From the NCBI GenBank assembly GCA_013265495.1, contig MU058000.1, forward strand, positions 992,001 to 1,056,000: a stretch of 64,000 nucleotides of DNA. The letters run 5' to 3'. The translations under genes and the position numbers were made by a program. The notes beneath the pieces are model-generated. The model did not search any database and had not been told where the DNA came from. It worked only from the letters and a program-made list of their open reading frames with translations. Source of the DNA: Vicugna vicugna. Lineage: Eukaryota. Positions within the stretch are counted from its first letter, which is position 1. Every line of letters starts with the position of its first letter. This document shows, in pieces, positions 26,430 to 40,780 of this stretch.

Positions 26430-26660
26430 ACGGTGATTGAAGGTATCGATTCTTTAGACTTAAGTGCCTTGTTCTAATCCCAGCCCAGACACTTAGCAGC
26501 TGTGAGACATTGGGCAATTTGCTTAATCTTTGTTTTCAATTTCCTCAATTATGAGATGAAGAATAAAACATCAGTACCACTCTTAGGATTAAATAAGGAT
26601 ATTTTTGACATGCTTCAAGTAGTGTCCGACACTATGTTACGTTTGGTAAACACGGAAGTT
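26430..26660 (+). mobile_element. MIR SINE
   Basis: cacttagcagctgtgagacattgggcaatttgcttaatct...ttcctcaattatgagatg. Confidence 0.75.
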
Positions 26661-29600
26661 AAAAATAGCCTTATTCCACCTTACAGTGTCTTTTAAATTC
26701 CTTCTTTTTCTTATAAATAATTGCTTTGAGTTGTGTCTTTCTTGGTAAATGTTTTACTAGTTGAAGGAAACTATTATAGAGATCCAGTCTTCTCACAGAC
26801 TCACATTTTTTAGTCTATAGCCTAGTTCCCTGGGTTAGAAATCTGATTTATGCTAAATCAGAGCCAGAAATGAGAACTTCTGTTGAAAGAAGAAAGCATT
26901 ATCTTATGATTAACATGACAGAGAATACCATGAGTTCCCTTTTCCTTCTGGTTAAAAATGCTTGCAAATCTCTTGTCCTGACAAATTCTACAATGTTTCT
27001 TCTCCTTTTCTATTCACACGAACATTTTGAATTCATTCTTCACAGCCAATAAAGCAATTGAGGCAGAAACACTAATTTGAGTGGATGAATGTTGCTCTAA
27101 GAAAAAAGAAAGTACTGATGTATGATCAGGTGCAGACCATAAAATACCCAAAAAACAAAAAACAAAACAATAACCAAAAAGAAACTCTCTTGAGAAAATG
27201 AAAACAGAGTGCTCAACACACAGTAGGTACTAAGCAAATGCTAACTTCATTCTCTCACTTTGCTTGGCTGCCAAAAGCCATTTCTTGCCTCTCAATATTT
27301 ATATTGACCTTTCTTTCCCTTTAGTTAGAAAAACATAGGGTTTTTGTTTTTTTTTTTCAAAGGCTGGTACCATAAACTGTGTGATGTTTAGCTTCTGCAG
27401 AGGTGTGAAGAAGCCCTACTGTTAAAAGTGGAGTAAGGTTTTTTTTTTTTTCTTCTTGGACGGAAGCCCAGAAAATGTTAGCCAAGCCAAGGTGAAGACT
27501 CTTCCTGACTAATGATAGCATGGATGCATGTTTGTATGTTTAGGGGTGTGAATGTGTGTGTCCAGGTTCTGGAACCATTTTGGCAAGGAGAAGTAAAGAC
27601 TAACGGAGAGAATTAATCCAAAGTGTTAGATGGCAAGATGGGTGGACCCACCCCTCACGGCCCAGTGATTTTCCTGCTTTGCATTCTGTAGAGGCTGAGT
27701 TAGCCATCTTTACATTTCTCATCTTGGAAATACAGAGTCCAATTAAAAATAACACTTTGTGAACTGAGCAAACAGATCATGACCATTTATCCAGCCAAAC
27801 CAGAGACCAAGACTCAAGTACCTGAGTCTCATGGAATTTTAAGAACTTAGGATCAGAATAGTGGCTCCTCTTGATTGAAGTTTTTAGTGTGATCGGGACT
27901 GCTCATAAGGGAAAAAAGTTTTGTGGTTGGACAGAGTTCCCCTTTAAAATGCCCCTCCTGTTTCTTTCAGTTACATACACAGCTTTAAACAGGAATATGA
28001 TTAAAAAAGCTTCGAGAGCAAATGTTCAAAACATAAATCCCTTGTTCATTGTTGATTGTCAAAGGTAGTGACATGTGTAGAGGCTGAGCCCTGAAAGATC
28101 ACCCTAGATCAAAAGTAAACATTTCATTTCCTTTTCAACCCCTTCTAGAAAAAGCTTATTGCAAACCAAAATGCTGCAAACTGGACTCTCCTGGTGGGGA
28201 CACAAATAGGTGGGCTTCTCTTTCCTAATGAGGAAAAGTGGGGGCTTTTGAAAAGTCGGTGTCAGCCCTGACACAAGCCTGCACATTTCACAGGGGAGAC
28301 CGAGGGAGAGGGTGCAGGGGCTGCAGCCACTGAGAGGCCTCCAGCCGGCTTGTTATATGACCCTGCCCAGCTTCCCTGGGAAGAGGAAAAACAAATTTTT
28401 TCTCTAATGGCTCAGATTGTCTTCGATACTTACCAGCAGGAGTTTCTGACAACTTTGTTCTCTCAGGTTTTAGGGATTTAAAGAGAAACAAAATATTATA
28501 CTTCTAACTGGCGCAGGAAGAAGCCGGTCTCCCTCATTAGTGAATGGAAAACAGTGGCCCCTTTGGGCCAGATCAGGAGGTCAACGTGTATATGACTGAA
28601 AGGCCCTATTTATTAACCAAATGCCTGTTACATGGGTCAAGTCCAAGGCCAGCCTGATGAGTAGGTGATTCCTCATATGGTTTCATTTCAGGAACTGAAA
28701 TAACCACTCCCTTGATCCTCCAAATGGGAAATATGGCTCCTATGTGCCCACGGATGCCTGAAATGTCTTTTATAGGAAAAAATGCCTTTCATTTAGAAGT
28801 CAGTAATAAGGTTCCTAATGAAAGTATGTTAGGTGTGACTTAAGAACACACTGAGGTGTAAGTAACTGGAGTCTGGACTCTCTGGAGAGTGAGATTAATG
28901 GTTCAGGGAAGAAAGAGTCTCTGGCTTGAATGGAAAGAAACATATAAACAGGGAGAAGGGAGCAAAGGGAAGACCAGAGAGCAGCCAGTCGACTTGATTC
29001 ATGTGCTGTTGTTCACTCTCAAACTGAGATGCGAGGCACTTAAACAGTGTCTGGTGCATAACAAGCTCTTAATATTAATTATTCTTATCTAAAAATGTAG
29101 CAGGCTCAGGATCGGTCATGCCATTTTGGAGATAAACTTACAGACTCCTGCGCTGAAGCTGTAGTGCCTTGCACGTACAATCAATCGAAAGTGTTCCTGT
29201 TCCATTTTCTTTATCCTTTTCCCATCCTAACCTTTCTCTTTGTATTACTCCTTAGTCTTTCGTTTAAGGGAAAGATCTAAAGGAGTCTTACTAGGCTTTA
29301 TAATCAAGAAGAGGGGGGCTGCAGTTAGAAACATGTCTAAGCTAATTGTCGGCATTCGGTCACATGCCGCCTGTCTGGGTCACATTTGTGCATCTTGTCT
29401 TTCCTATTGTCGTTAAAGGATCCTTGATTAATACCATTCTAATTACGGAAACTGTGGCCATAATGGTCCATTCAAATGACTTACCTCCAGGCCCATCACC
29501 TGCATGTAGCCTTCCCTGATTACTGCAGCTCATTCCAAGTTCTTTATCTAACCTACTAAAATGGCACCAGTTGCCTTTACCTCTCCCTTGGTGTTCCATA

Positions 29601-29769
29601 TATATTTTGCCTCTTAAAACAAACAAACAAACAAACAAAACTTGTAGTTTCATTTAATTTTTTTTTTTTAGTTTCATCTAGTTTTATTATTACCATATGC
29701 ATGGCTATTCAGCATTTAACGTGTATGTCTGTTCTTCTGTCTCCAACTAGACCGTAGCTTCTTGTTAAG

Positions 29770-30334
29770 GTCCAGGTGGCTTCTGAGATAACCTCCAATG
29801 ATCTTTATATCCTGGTATGCATATTCTTATGTAATCCCTTCCCCTCAACTGTCTGATGGATCTGGTCACTTGATTTTAATGGATGGAATGAGGCAAAAGT
29901 GTTAGGATGTCACTTCCAAAATGAAGCTACAGCAGGTCGATGACTCCTGTCCTGGTAGCACTCTGGCTCCCTCTTGCTTGCTTGATGTGGTGGAAGCCAG
30001 TTGCCATGCTGTGAGCTGCCCTGGGGCAAGCAGCTGAGGAATGCTCCGGGCTAATAGCTGGGGAGAAATTGAGGCCACAGCCTAACAGTTTGTGGGGTGC
30101 TGAATCTTGACAGCAACCATATGAGTGAGCTTGTAAGCAGCTTCTCCATCGGTTGAGCCTTCACATGAGAATGCAGTCCTGGCTGCAAACTTGTAAGAGT
30201 TCTAGAGGCAGAAGCATCCAGGGAAGCCAGGCTTGGATTCCTGATCAACAGAAACTGTGAGATAATAAATGTTTGCTGTTTTATGCTGCTGATGTTTGGA
30301 GTAATCCGTTATGCAGCAGTAGGTAATTAATACA
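29770..30334 (+). mobile_element. MaLR solo LTR (MLT1F/G-like)
   Basis: tgtaatcccttcccct...cagaaactgtgagataataaatgtttgctgtttta...ttatgcagcagtaggtaattaataca. Confidence 0.85.
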
Positions 30335-32129
30335 ACCCATGTCGTGTAGTCCACTTATGCACTAATCCCGTAAGTCTGGAACAAACAAATACCTGGAATA
30401 TTGGAGAAGTCAGCTTTTAGTTATCTAGGGAACATCTGCATTCTTCCCCTATCAGGTGGGAGAGGGTGAGAAATGGAGCCTATGATTTGGTCCCAAAGGG
30501 CTGGATCCCTTAATTGTGCTCTCGGTGTATGAAGCCAGGTCAATTAACAGGAGAAGTTCAGGACCAGCAACCAAATCAGGCTGAGTTTTCCAGGGACAAG
30601 TGACACTGTGCCTCCGTGGGGGACAGTCCTGAAGGCCCGACTCCACTACAGAGCTCCTCGTAGGATTGCCTGAGACCTTAAAAGACAAACACAGTTCCCT
30701 CTGCCAGATTCCGCCTTCCTCCCTTTCTCACAGTCTATCTCCCAAGAATATTTCCCATAAACCCTTTTGTGCACAACTCCTCATCGCATTCTAAGACCAT
30801 CCAGACAAGGAGTGAGCAGCTAGCTAGTCGGCTCTGCCACTCACTGCCATGCACAGAAATGTAGACCCATTGTCAGATCGTGTTGCAGAAGACAAGATCG
30901 AAATGCAAGTGTGTAAGTGAAGTATTCCAATCTTTCTTTCTATACTGGCAAGTAATTCAAATTCAAGAAAAAAGAAAAACCCTCTGAAGTGAAACAGAAG
31001 GCATCCTTGGGCCAGATTCCACTAATCATCCAAGGGTTTGGGTCATCGAATCCCTGTATCTGAAGTTGGATATTTTTTATATTGTATCTCGGTTAATAGT
31101 GGCCTACTATTTGCTTAAAAGAAGAATTGGACATTTTGTATGTGCGCGGGCGAGGGAAAAGTGAAGAAAGCTTAATTTTCTTTGACCTCAATACCATGTA
31201 ACTGAGTATTTAATTAACATGTGATTCTTTTCCCTCCTTCAAAATGTGCTGAAGAAGTGGATTTCTAGCTTTTCACGAGTATGGAGGTAGAGATGCCCTT
31301 CTTCTGTCATGCTTTTGACACTCTTCCTAAAGGCATCAGATACTAAGGGTGAGCAAACACCCTATTTTACATGTGTTATCCCATTGTAATTATTAATACT
31401 CTCCCCTTTCCTCTCTCCAACATGTCCCAGTGTGGATAATAAATTTTGTCTCTGGTGGGGGAATGATGTATTATTACCTCTCTGGGTATCTTTTTTTTTT
31501 TCTTCTATGAATAAAACCTTTGGACTTCCAGGGTAATGAACATATACTGCCTTCTAAAGAATGAAATTCATTGAAAGTAACATTTTTCGCTTGCAAGTTG
31601 AAGTCATCCCCAGTTGTCCCAGTGCAGCAATTCAACCCAATACTAGTTTTCAGGGGAATAGTTTTCACACTCACTTCACAGTTTAAACCAATTTGATCTC
31701 ACTAGTAATTTGCCTTATTTTAACTCGGATATGCTGAAGTAGTTCAGGCTGCTTCCAAACACTTACTGCCTCATTAGCCGATAGCTGTAGTCTAACGACT
31801 TTCAGAGCAAATGAGAGCTTCCAGGGTAGTGGACACCAGTGGAAACAGCTCTTTGCAGACTAAAGGAGAGGAAGTCAGAATTGGATTTAATTCCACCCTT
31901 TGTTAGCTTTGGGATAGTTAGCATTTATTTAAATGCAATTGTAATTATTTTCAGTGGTGCTGATTGTTGGGAAATCCCTGGGTAAATAGACTGAGGCCAT
32001 CACATAGTCCCTCACATAGTTGAGTAGGTACATAACAAGGGGAGCGCTTTGTGTTAGTCTTCAATATAATTTTCCAAGTTCAGCCATAAAGATAGATGTT
32101 GATGTAAACCTTTATTTGTGTGTGGGTAC

Positions 32130-32166
32130 ATATATATATATACACATACACACACACACACACACA
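32130..32166. repeat. Compound (TA)n(CA)n microsatellite
   Basis: Directly visible. Confidence 0.85.
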
Positions 32167-32499
32167 TCCCTCATATATACACATATTTTTATGCATATAC
32201 ATTAAAAATACATATGTTCTAAAAAAATTGACTCTTTTCCCTTTCCCTAGTGTATAGATTCAGTTCTTTGATTACAATGAGAGTCTGAGGCTCACTCAGT
32301 CTATCTCAGGGACGAATGTGAGAATAAGAGAGATGATAATCTTACAGGGACAGAAGGAGCCAAGGTATAAATCCATGCCACACAAGGCTCTAAAAGTAAT
32401 TCGGGATCTAGGCAGTCACTCTTAGTTGCCTATCTAGCCTTAACTCCCATTCCACCTTTTTTTATCATAAAAGCTTCACTTTTTTTTCTAGGAAAGGCG

Positions 32500-32975
32500 A
32501 ACTACTTCCCAACCTCAGGATGAATCATATTTTATCTAAAGGAGGCAGCATAATGCAATTCCCTTTGCTGGTGCTTACTTTAAGGGCAAGCATGAGAACA
32601 GGTCTTAAGCAATGATGCATAGAAGAAAATCTACTGTGTTAATTTGGGAAAGATTTTGCTGTCTAGTAAGACAAGAGATGGTGATGAGGCTGGTTCTGTT
32701 TTTCTGCAGTGAAGTGCTGTGCAAAGATTTTATGATTGGTGCTATGTCAGCCATCTTGAAAGCATGAGGCTAAAAGCTTAGAGATGAAGAACCAGTATGC
32801 TGAAGAGAATCTTGCAGAAGTATAGAAAAGAATCTAGGCCCTTGATAGTGTTCCTAAACAGTTTCTCCAAATCTCGATCACCTATCTGCAGACTTTTTAT
32901 CATGTGAGAAAATGAAAAGTCTTTATTGCTTAAGACAGTCTTGGGTTGGAGTCTATCAAAGTATCCCTGACAATG
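32500..32975 (+). mobile_element. Old MaLR LTR (MLT1H-J-like)
   Basis: cagccatcttgaaagcatgagg...cagactttttatcatgtgagaaaatgaaaagtctttattgcttaag. Confidence 0.55.
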
Positions 32976-34878
32976 TCCAAGGAAGCTCTAAGGGACAAGG
33001 TTATCTTTGCATGCTCAGTACCAGAATTTTCTGGATATTTATTTTCATATATTTAGGGTGACTTGAATCAGAATCAGGGGAGCTTTCTGAGCATCAGTGT
33101 TTCAAAATTCTAGCTATTCAGGTCATATTTCTTTGCTATTATTGTTCATGACTGAGCAATGTTACAGCTCTTCCTTTGACATACTACAAGTTCATCAACC
33201 AGATATGTCCAGTGATACTGAAAATTTTTAGCTTTGGTACATTTTGCCTGTACACTTCCTTTAGTTGATTATTCATGCAATTAACAAATATTTATTAAGC
33301 ACTTGATACGTGTTAAGTTTGGGAATTTAGCAGGGAATACAGAAACTCTCCCCCCTTCTTGGAATTTATACTCTAGTAAGGTTATACAATTTCTGGCATT
33401 TTGGAGCAGAACTCTAGGGATCCCCAGATGGTGAGCTGCAAGAACAGGGTATGGAAACCTCCCAGAATAAATGTGTGTCTCTTTAAAGATGATGAAGATG
33501 GTAGCAAGTGATTCTTTTTGTATTATTATTATTTTTTGCTAGAATATTAAAAGACATTGAGATAATAGTGAAATATTGCATTGAGATTTTCTTACTAAAG
33601 CCATATTCAAAACATCTAGTCTGGAACCAGGGTACTGTACCCTTGGTAGATTACTAATCTGTATTTTTCGGGGCCTACGTATACCTATTTTTTTTTCAAC
33701 TCCCTTCATAATCTCATATAATCCTGGTCATGCATACCAAAGTGGGTGGTGGTAAATCATAATAAAAGTCTCCCAGCTTTTATGTTAGTATTGCAACAAA
33801 ATCAATTGCAAATCCTAGGGTTCCAGGACTTTCATTTGGGATGAAAGGGAAGCAGCTGTGCCTTAAGTGGCTTCTCCATGTTCACATGTGGGTGAGGACA
33901 TTACATTTGAGAATTCTTGCCAAAGAACTCCGGTCCAATAATCACATTTGGTTTGTCTGGATTTTCTGGTTGGGGGAATCATTACTTCTTGTCCTAAAGC
34001 AGCGTCTCTTCATCATGAAGTGAATGCACTGAGCTAGTGAGTTGTTTTTTGCTTCTTTGTCTCCTTCATGTCTTAGGCCCCCATGGGGCTCTTCAACTAC
34101 CCAGGATTAATATTTACAGACAGCTATGGATCAGACAAAGAAGAATCTCTATTTAGTGGCTTTCTGTGGTGGTTTTGGTATTTTATGGTGTAAAAAATAT
34201 ACTCCCTTATAAGAATATTTATGGAAAGTAAGTTGATAGTGTTTTGTTTGATGCCTCCTTTTCCACATAGTCTCCTTTTATTCTCCTTTAGTTGGAATTC
34301 TAATGAAGATTATCTTCAAAAGCCCCTTTTGCAAAACTTCCTTATTAAATAAAGCTTTATTTTCTAGGCCAGTTCTCTGCATTTCTAATGCCAGCCCAGA
34401 ATAGTGACTGTCTACCTGTGCCCCAACCCTCTATAAAAATTTAAATTAAGCCACTTAACATTTTCTTCCATTACTGCTAGATTTTCTAATCTGCATTTCC
34501 AAGCTGGTGCCTGGAATTGGTGACCATAACCTTGACCCAGTACTTTCTTTAAGAATCAAGTTGTATTCTGAATCTTGGCCTAGCACAAAGGTTGGAGGCA
34601 TATAAATTACTCAGTATTTTTTTTTTTCGGTTTTCTCATGGAAATTATTTATTCATGGTCCTGTGTTTCAAAGAAATTTGCTTCATTAAAATTTTTCATT
34701 TTTTTCAATTAGAAGCAGCAGAAAATAGATTGGTCCTGTGATGAACTATTTGCTACATACATAGTTGCAAAACCCTTTAAGGTGAATTTGAAACAGAAAA
34801 CCAAGTGACAGTCTGCATTGCTGTCCGCAAGTGGTGAATGGTGAAAAATGCTTTACATCATTAAAATCTACTTTTTCA

Positions 34879-34978
34879 AGAACATGAAAATCAATGTATG
34901 TATATTTATGTATGACTGAAGAATTGACTGTACACCAGAAATTGACACAACATTGTAAACTGACTATACCACAATAAA
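34879..34978 (+). mobile_element. ~100-bp LINE-1 3' tip
   Basis: tgtacaccagaaattgacacaacattgtaaactgactatac plus A-tail; 16-bp TSD aaaatcta(c/t)tttttca at 34863-34878 and 34979-34994. Confidence 0.9.
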
Positions 34979-36879
34979 AAAATCTATTTTTTCATTTCTA
35001 AAATATATACCTTTAGTATAAAACACAATTCTATCTATAGATGAAAGATGAATATTTAGCTGGACTTTTTGTAGATTTGATCAGAGGTGTACATTCCATT
35101 CTGTGTTAATCATATTGTTAAGAAATTACTCGGCTTTTGGCTTGGTATTAGTTTTTGATCCTTGAACTTCAGGTAACAAGGACTAACGTCCAACTTGTGG
35201 CTTTAAGGAGTAGAAGCCAGTTGGAGCAAAAGTACAGACTTATTAATTTTAAAATATGCATATTTCTGATGTGGAAATTAATAATTTTTCAAGCAAAATT
35301 AGGAATTCACTTTGAGATGATCTGATTGCAAGGCTGTTAGGTTTCTCCTCTATTCGTTGAAGACCTTTGCCTTTCTCAATTACTCTCTGCTGCTAATAAG
35401 ATATTAGGGCTACATAACATTGTCCCTTCGGCAGATCTGAACACTCAGACAAAGCGCTCCCCCCTGCTCTCCTCCCCTTTTCTCTCTTCCCTCTGTCTCT
35501 CTCCTGTCCTTACATACCTGAACAATTCTTGGTGGGGGGTGCGGGTTGGAGGCGTGGAGAAGCAGTATTAAATGTTATGATTCACGGACCTTTAAGGTCT
35601 TCCTGGCAAGAGAGTGAGATTAAACAAACAATATTGTCTAAAACACATTTCTGTAAGTGGAAAGCATTGACAAGAAACTGAAAGAAAGACTTGAATAACA
35701 CAGGATTTATTCTTCTATATTCTTCTATATTACAACCTAACTTTTTTTCAAATCTCCTTCAGCTGGTTCTCTCTCAGGTGCAAGTTTAGGAGGACTTACA
35801 TGTTGCTGTGGCCACGTTTGCGTGTGTCGGGGAGGTGGAAGCTAGCAGCTCTCAGGGTCGTTATGTCCACACAGGAATCTGCCTAGACATACATTTCCAG
35901 ATCTGACCTTTGATTGTTGGTCAACACAAGAAGCTATGGAGATGCACTTGGTCTGGCAGGCAGGGCCCCTTCACCTTCTGCTCTGTGCCATCCTTGGTGC
36001 CTGTAATTATTACGCTACCTCTGAGACCAGCTGGTGCATGAGGTGGTCGAAGAGCAATATCCCCACACTCACTTGACCCCCCCCCCCAAACCCAGGGACT
36101 CTTGCTGAATGTAAACAGCTGTGTGAGGGAAGGAGGGCCTGAGACCCTCCTTATGGAATCCTCCACTTTTTTTCCCCCAACTCTTCCCCCGTGGCTCTCA
36201 TTTTCCTTAGCCATGGATAGAGAAATCCCTCTTTGGACCAAAAGCCATAGTGTGACATGGTGAGGGAGAGAGGTTGCTACCTGGCTCTCTAGCCATAGTC
36301 TTTTCTCTCACATCCATCTCTGGGCTTTGGCCATCTGGCACAAGGAGAAGGAGATGGGTGCTGACGTGAAACTCAACCGAAAAAGTATTCTCTTTTCTAA
36401 ATCATTTCTTATTTCTAATTTGTGTTTATTCTGTTTTCATTTTTCATTGTTTTGACAAGCCAAGAGTTTGCCTATCTTGTCCACCCTCCCCTTTCTGATC
36501 CCTGCTATGTCAAGAACCCCATAGCTGAGTCGTGACTCTCCTTGGGCACCAGACCTCACTAAGTAGTCTTTCTTCCCGGCAGCTATCTGCCGTTGGCTAT
36601 CAAGGTCACTTGAGGGCTGGCTGCCTGCTGTTGAACATGAGTGACCTGTCCTCTCTCCTTACTGAGCAAGCCCCTGGAGTGCTCACAGAATCCCTCTCCC
36701 TAAAGTATGAAATGGATTCAGTATGGCCTGGATGTCGCATGCAGTGGTAACTGGTCTGATTGCCTGACTTTATAACCTCTTCCTCATCTACACCATGCTC
36801 CAAGGACTCATGAAATAGGAGAACTAGAACAGTTAAGTGCGTGTGTTCTTAAGCTACAGTACATCATCGCAGATATTTC

Positions 36880-37760
36880 GTGCTTTTCAATCAATCCCTA
36901 CCCCTTCTTCCAAAGACAACAAATATTCTGATTTCTTTAACCATAGATTAGTTTTGCCTGTAGACTTAATTAGGATATGTGTCTGGCTTCTTTCTTGAAA
37001 GAAGCTTCATCCAGGTTGTAATTATCAAGAAATCATTGCTTTCCTTTGCTGAGTAGTATTCCATGTGTGACTAAACCACAATTTTTTAATTCTTCTGTCC
37101 AGGGACATTTGGTATATTACCAGTTTTTGGCTATTATAAATAAAGCTGCTATGAACATTTATGTTCAAGTCTTTTTGTAGACATATATTTTCATTTTTTC
37201 TTGCGTAAATACCCGAGTGGAAATGCTCCATCATAAGGTAGGTGTGGGGAAATCCTAGAATGATTTACAAAGTGGTTACATCATCTTTCCCCCCAGTGTA
37301 TGACAGTTTGCTCCACATCCTTACTAACATCTGATTTTGTCAGTCTTTTAAATTTTAGCCATGCTAGTAGGTGTGTGACAGCAACTCCCTGTGGGTTTAA
37401 TTTAGATTTTTCTGATGGTTGTTAATAATGAGCACTTTCTCATTTACTTACTGCAAAGTTGTGTATCTTCCTGTGTGGAATGTCTATTATTTTCCCCCTT
37501 ATTAAAGCAGTTCTTTTATCTTTTAATATTGAGTTGTAGGAATTGTTTACATGATCTGCATATTAGTGCTTTGTCAGATATATGTATTACTTTTATTTTT
37601 TCTCAGTTTGTGGCTTGCCTATTAGTTTCCCAATGGTGTCTTTTGACGAGCAGAATAATTTTGGCACATTGTATTTTATAAATTTTTATTTCTTGGTTAG
37701 TGCTATACTCTTGTTTAAAAAAATATTTTTGCTTCGTTTTATGTATTTTATTTTTATAAA
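36880..37760 (-). mobile_element. Old LINE-1 (ORF2 end and 3' UTR, L1MB/MC/ME-like)
   Basis: gctgagtagtattccatg...aataaagctgctatgaacatt...ttttagccatgctagtaggtgtg. Confidence 0.85.
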
Positions 37761-38129
37761 AATATCTAGCATATTTTCATTTGTTGTTCTAATCTTTTAC
37801 ATTCTCTATTAGAAAAAAATTAAAGTGGTTTACATTTAAGAATTGAAAAACTTAGTTTTATTCCTTCCACCTTACTTTGTTTTTCCTTTTTCTTGCTTAT
37901 TCTTTATTTTTGTGTGTTTGATCAACTTACCAATGATTTCCTTTTCTTTCCATGTTAGTTTAGTAGTTTCTTGGTAATTTTCCCTTCTACAGTCTTTGCA
38001 GTCTTACTATTCCTGAGATGCATAATTGAATTTATATTTCTCTACTATTATATGAAATAAAGAAATTAACCGTATCTGTCAACCAAGGTTACTTACTGCT
38101 CTCAGTCATTAAGTTGAGACCCAAAGATA

Positions 38130-38262
38130 CAAGATGATTATATGTCCTGATTTGTTTATGCAAATCCTGGTTTATTTCTATTTTCCTGGCATAATTAGTA
38201 ATTGTGCCCCTTTAATTTAAAACTGCCCCAGTTTGTCCACTAAATTACATGTATACACTCAA
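38130..38262. mobile_element. hAT MITE (MER94-like)
   Basis: atatgtcctgatttg...cctggtttat...ataattagtaattgtgcccctt...ccagtttg...taaattacatg. Confidence 0.45.
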
Positions 38263-38364
38263 ACGTGCACAATCAATTAAACATTTTAGATCACTTTGAC
38301 CTCCCCACGCACCTTTTACGTAGACATCCGCTAGAATGCCTTAATTCTCTCCTCTTGGCAGGGC

Positions 38365-38545
38365 AGGGCCGTAGTTAGAAGCCGACTCCAATGTGACTTT
38401 CTAGCTGTGTAGTCTTGGGCAAGCTGTTTTCTCTTCCTCAGTTTCTTTATCTGTAAAAAGGTGATAATAATATAGCTTTATTCACAGAGTTGTGACGATT
38501 TAATTAAATGAATTGCCTAAAGCAGTGTCTATGCCATTTTTATTA
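38365..38545 (+). mobile_element. MIR SINE
   Basis: ctagctgtgtagtcttgggcaag...cctcagtttctttatctgtaaaa. Confidence 0.8.
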
Positions 38546-38999
38546 ACGTTCCGTCAGATTGTTGGTTGTGATTCCCTGCTCCCTCTCAAGTCATAGATTT
38601 TGCTGTGATAGTTTATACTTTTAGTTCCACACTAGTGTTAGTTTCAGCTTTGCTGTGTGACTCCTCTGGTTCAAGAATTCTTAATATTACAAATTCCTAA
38701 TGACTGTCATTATCCATTCAAAGTTTATTGCCTACTGCCGTTTTCTCTCCTTGTCGTTGTCCTTATCTTGCCATCTGTTCTGTTCACTTATTTGATTAGA
38801 GTCCTTTCCTAAGTATTTCCCTCAGTTGGGTTCTGCGGGGGGATATGGTCTCAGAATCCTTTATATCTCTGCAAATAGACTTCTTTCCTCTGAGCATAAG
38901 AATATTTTGTTCTAATCCTTTTCTCTCATTAACTAATAGGTATTGTTCTCCTGTTTTCTAGCATCTAAAATTACAGATGAGAAATGTAATGTTAGTGTT

Positions 39000-39334
39000 T
39001 GTATGAATTTGCTTCATGTTAGGAATTTACTTCCTCGTGGTCTTGGAGGCTAGAAGGCCAATATCAAGATGTCGTCTGGGTTGACTCTGAGGCCTCCTTC
39101 CTTGGCTTATAGGTGGCTGTCTTCTCTCTGTTCTTCCACATGATTTTCTCTCTGTGCATATCTGTGTCCTAATCTTTTCTTCTTGTAAGGCAACCAATCA
39201 TATTGGATTAGAGCCTACCCTAATGATGCCGTTTAACTTAATTACTTCTTTAAGGGCCCTATCTCCAAAGATAGTTACAGGGGGTTAGAATTCCACCATA
39301 TGAATTTGAGGGGTAATAAATTCAGGCCACAACA
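39000..39334 (-). mobile_element. MaLR solo LTR (MLT1A/B-like)
   Basis: ggaggctagaaggccaatatcaagatgtc...aatcatattggattagagcctaccctaatga...atatgaatttgaggg...ttcaggccacaaca. Confidence 0.85.
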
Positions 39335-40633
39335 CTTTTATTCTTTTCCTTTTGTTTATTTCTCTCTGTCTCTCCCCCCCCCCACTTCCCTCTGTTTCTT
39401 CCTCTTTCTTTCCCTCTTTCCCGTCCTCATCCCTCTGGAACTCGGCCCTTTTAATCTGCAGCATCAAGTGTTCCCACCAGGAACACTTCCTTGGCTATTT
39501 TTGCCGATCTTCTGGCTATTCATTTTTCTCTTCCTGAAACTCCCATTACTTGTCCAACTTTTAAAAATTGTATCTTTCCTTTTTCATTTCTTTCTCTGAG
39601 TGCATTTCCTCTGGGTTGTGAGATATTTCTTGCAATTGATCTTCTAAGTCACTAATTTAGTTTTCAAAAATGCAATCCTTTTCTTGGATCAACAAATTCA
39701 CTTTACAAACATGAAAGTCACGTTGTCCTCCAAGAATCCTATCTCCCTTGAAGGTACCTAATTGGGAGTGTGTTTTCTTCTGCTTTTGGATTGCTGGGTT
39801 CCTTTGGGCGCATTGTTAATTCCCTTTGCCTGTGCTCTACTTAGCTTTCTAGTGAGCACTTTGAGAGGCAGCGAGCCATGGATGATGGTTGGCACGGCAG
39901 CACCTGTTCCTTCCTTGTGGGTCAAGGGTGAGCAGGTGACAAGCTGTCAGTCCTCTGGCGAACACCTGGAGGAAGCTTCTTTGCTCCTTGATTTCATTGG
40001 TTGCAACCATTCCCAGCCTCAGAGTCATGAGAGTCAAGGAGGAACCCAGTCCACCTGTTTAGTGCCTCTAACAGCTCTTCATAAAACAGGGAAATCTGGA
40101 GGTTTTCCCAAGACCTCAAACAGGAGCTGGAACCTCCTTTCTTCCTTGGATTCCAGGGATTTCTTCAGTACAAGCCCTGTCAGAGAATAAGAGATCCAGA
40201 ACCTTGCTCCAGGTCTCTTGGCTTCAGGTTGGCAGGATTTCCTTGGGTTCAGAGGGAAATTGTCCTGTATCTCTGCTGTCTTCGGGGACATCATCAGAAT
40301 CCCAGGCTTCAAATCCTCTTTCTATGATCAGTCACCCTGATGACCTCTTAGCTGATGTTTTTCTCAGGAGAAATAGATTAAGGTTACGTTGAAGCTGGAA
40401 AAGAAGAATGTCTGGAATTTATTTTAAGACCATGTAGAACTCTTACTGAATCTGAAAGCTCTCATCTCAACCTGTGTGAAAACTTTCTACTTTTATAATT
40501 AGAATATTGATTATGTATTGTTTTCAGTATTTCCTTATATTTTGTGACCACATTTATAGCAATTCTTCAGACTTAATTTCATACATTAATGATTTCAATG
40601 CCAATCATCAACAACCCTACCCCCTGCTTTTTT

Positions 40634-40780
40634 TTAAATTTTATTTTTGTTTTTTTTTTTGGGTGGGGGTAGGTAATTAGGTTTATTTATTTATTTATGG
40701 TTAGAGGAGGTACTGGGAATTGAACCCAGGACCTTGTATATGCTAAGCATGTGCTCTACCACTCGAGCTATACCCTCCCC
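40634..40780 (-). mobile_element. tRNA-derived camelid SINE (Vic-1-like)
   Basis: Reverse complement of the 12070 element (gggaattgaacccaggacc...tgctaagcat...gagctataccctcccc); 13-bp TSD cccctgctttttt at 40621-40633 and 40784-40796. Confidence 0.92.

Noticed and set aside
30430..30800. Possible additional ERVL-type LTR fragment
   Set aside because: Only weak resemblance; termini and family could not be supported.
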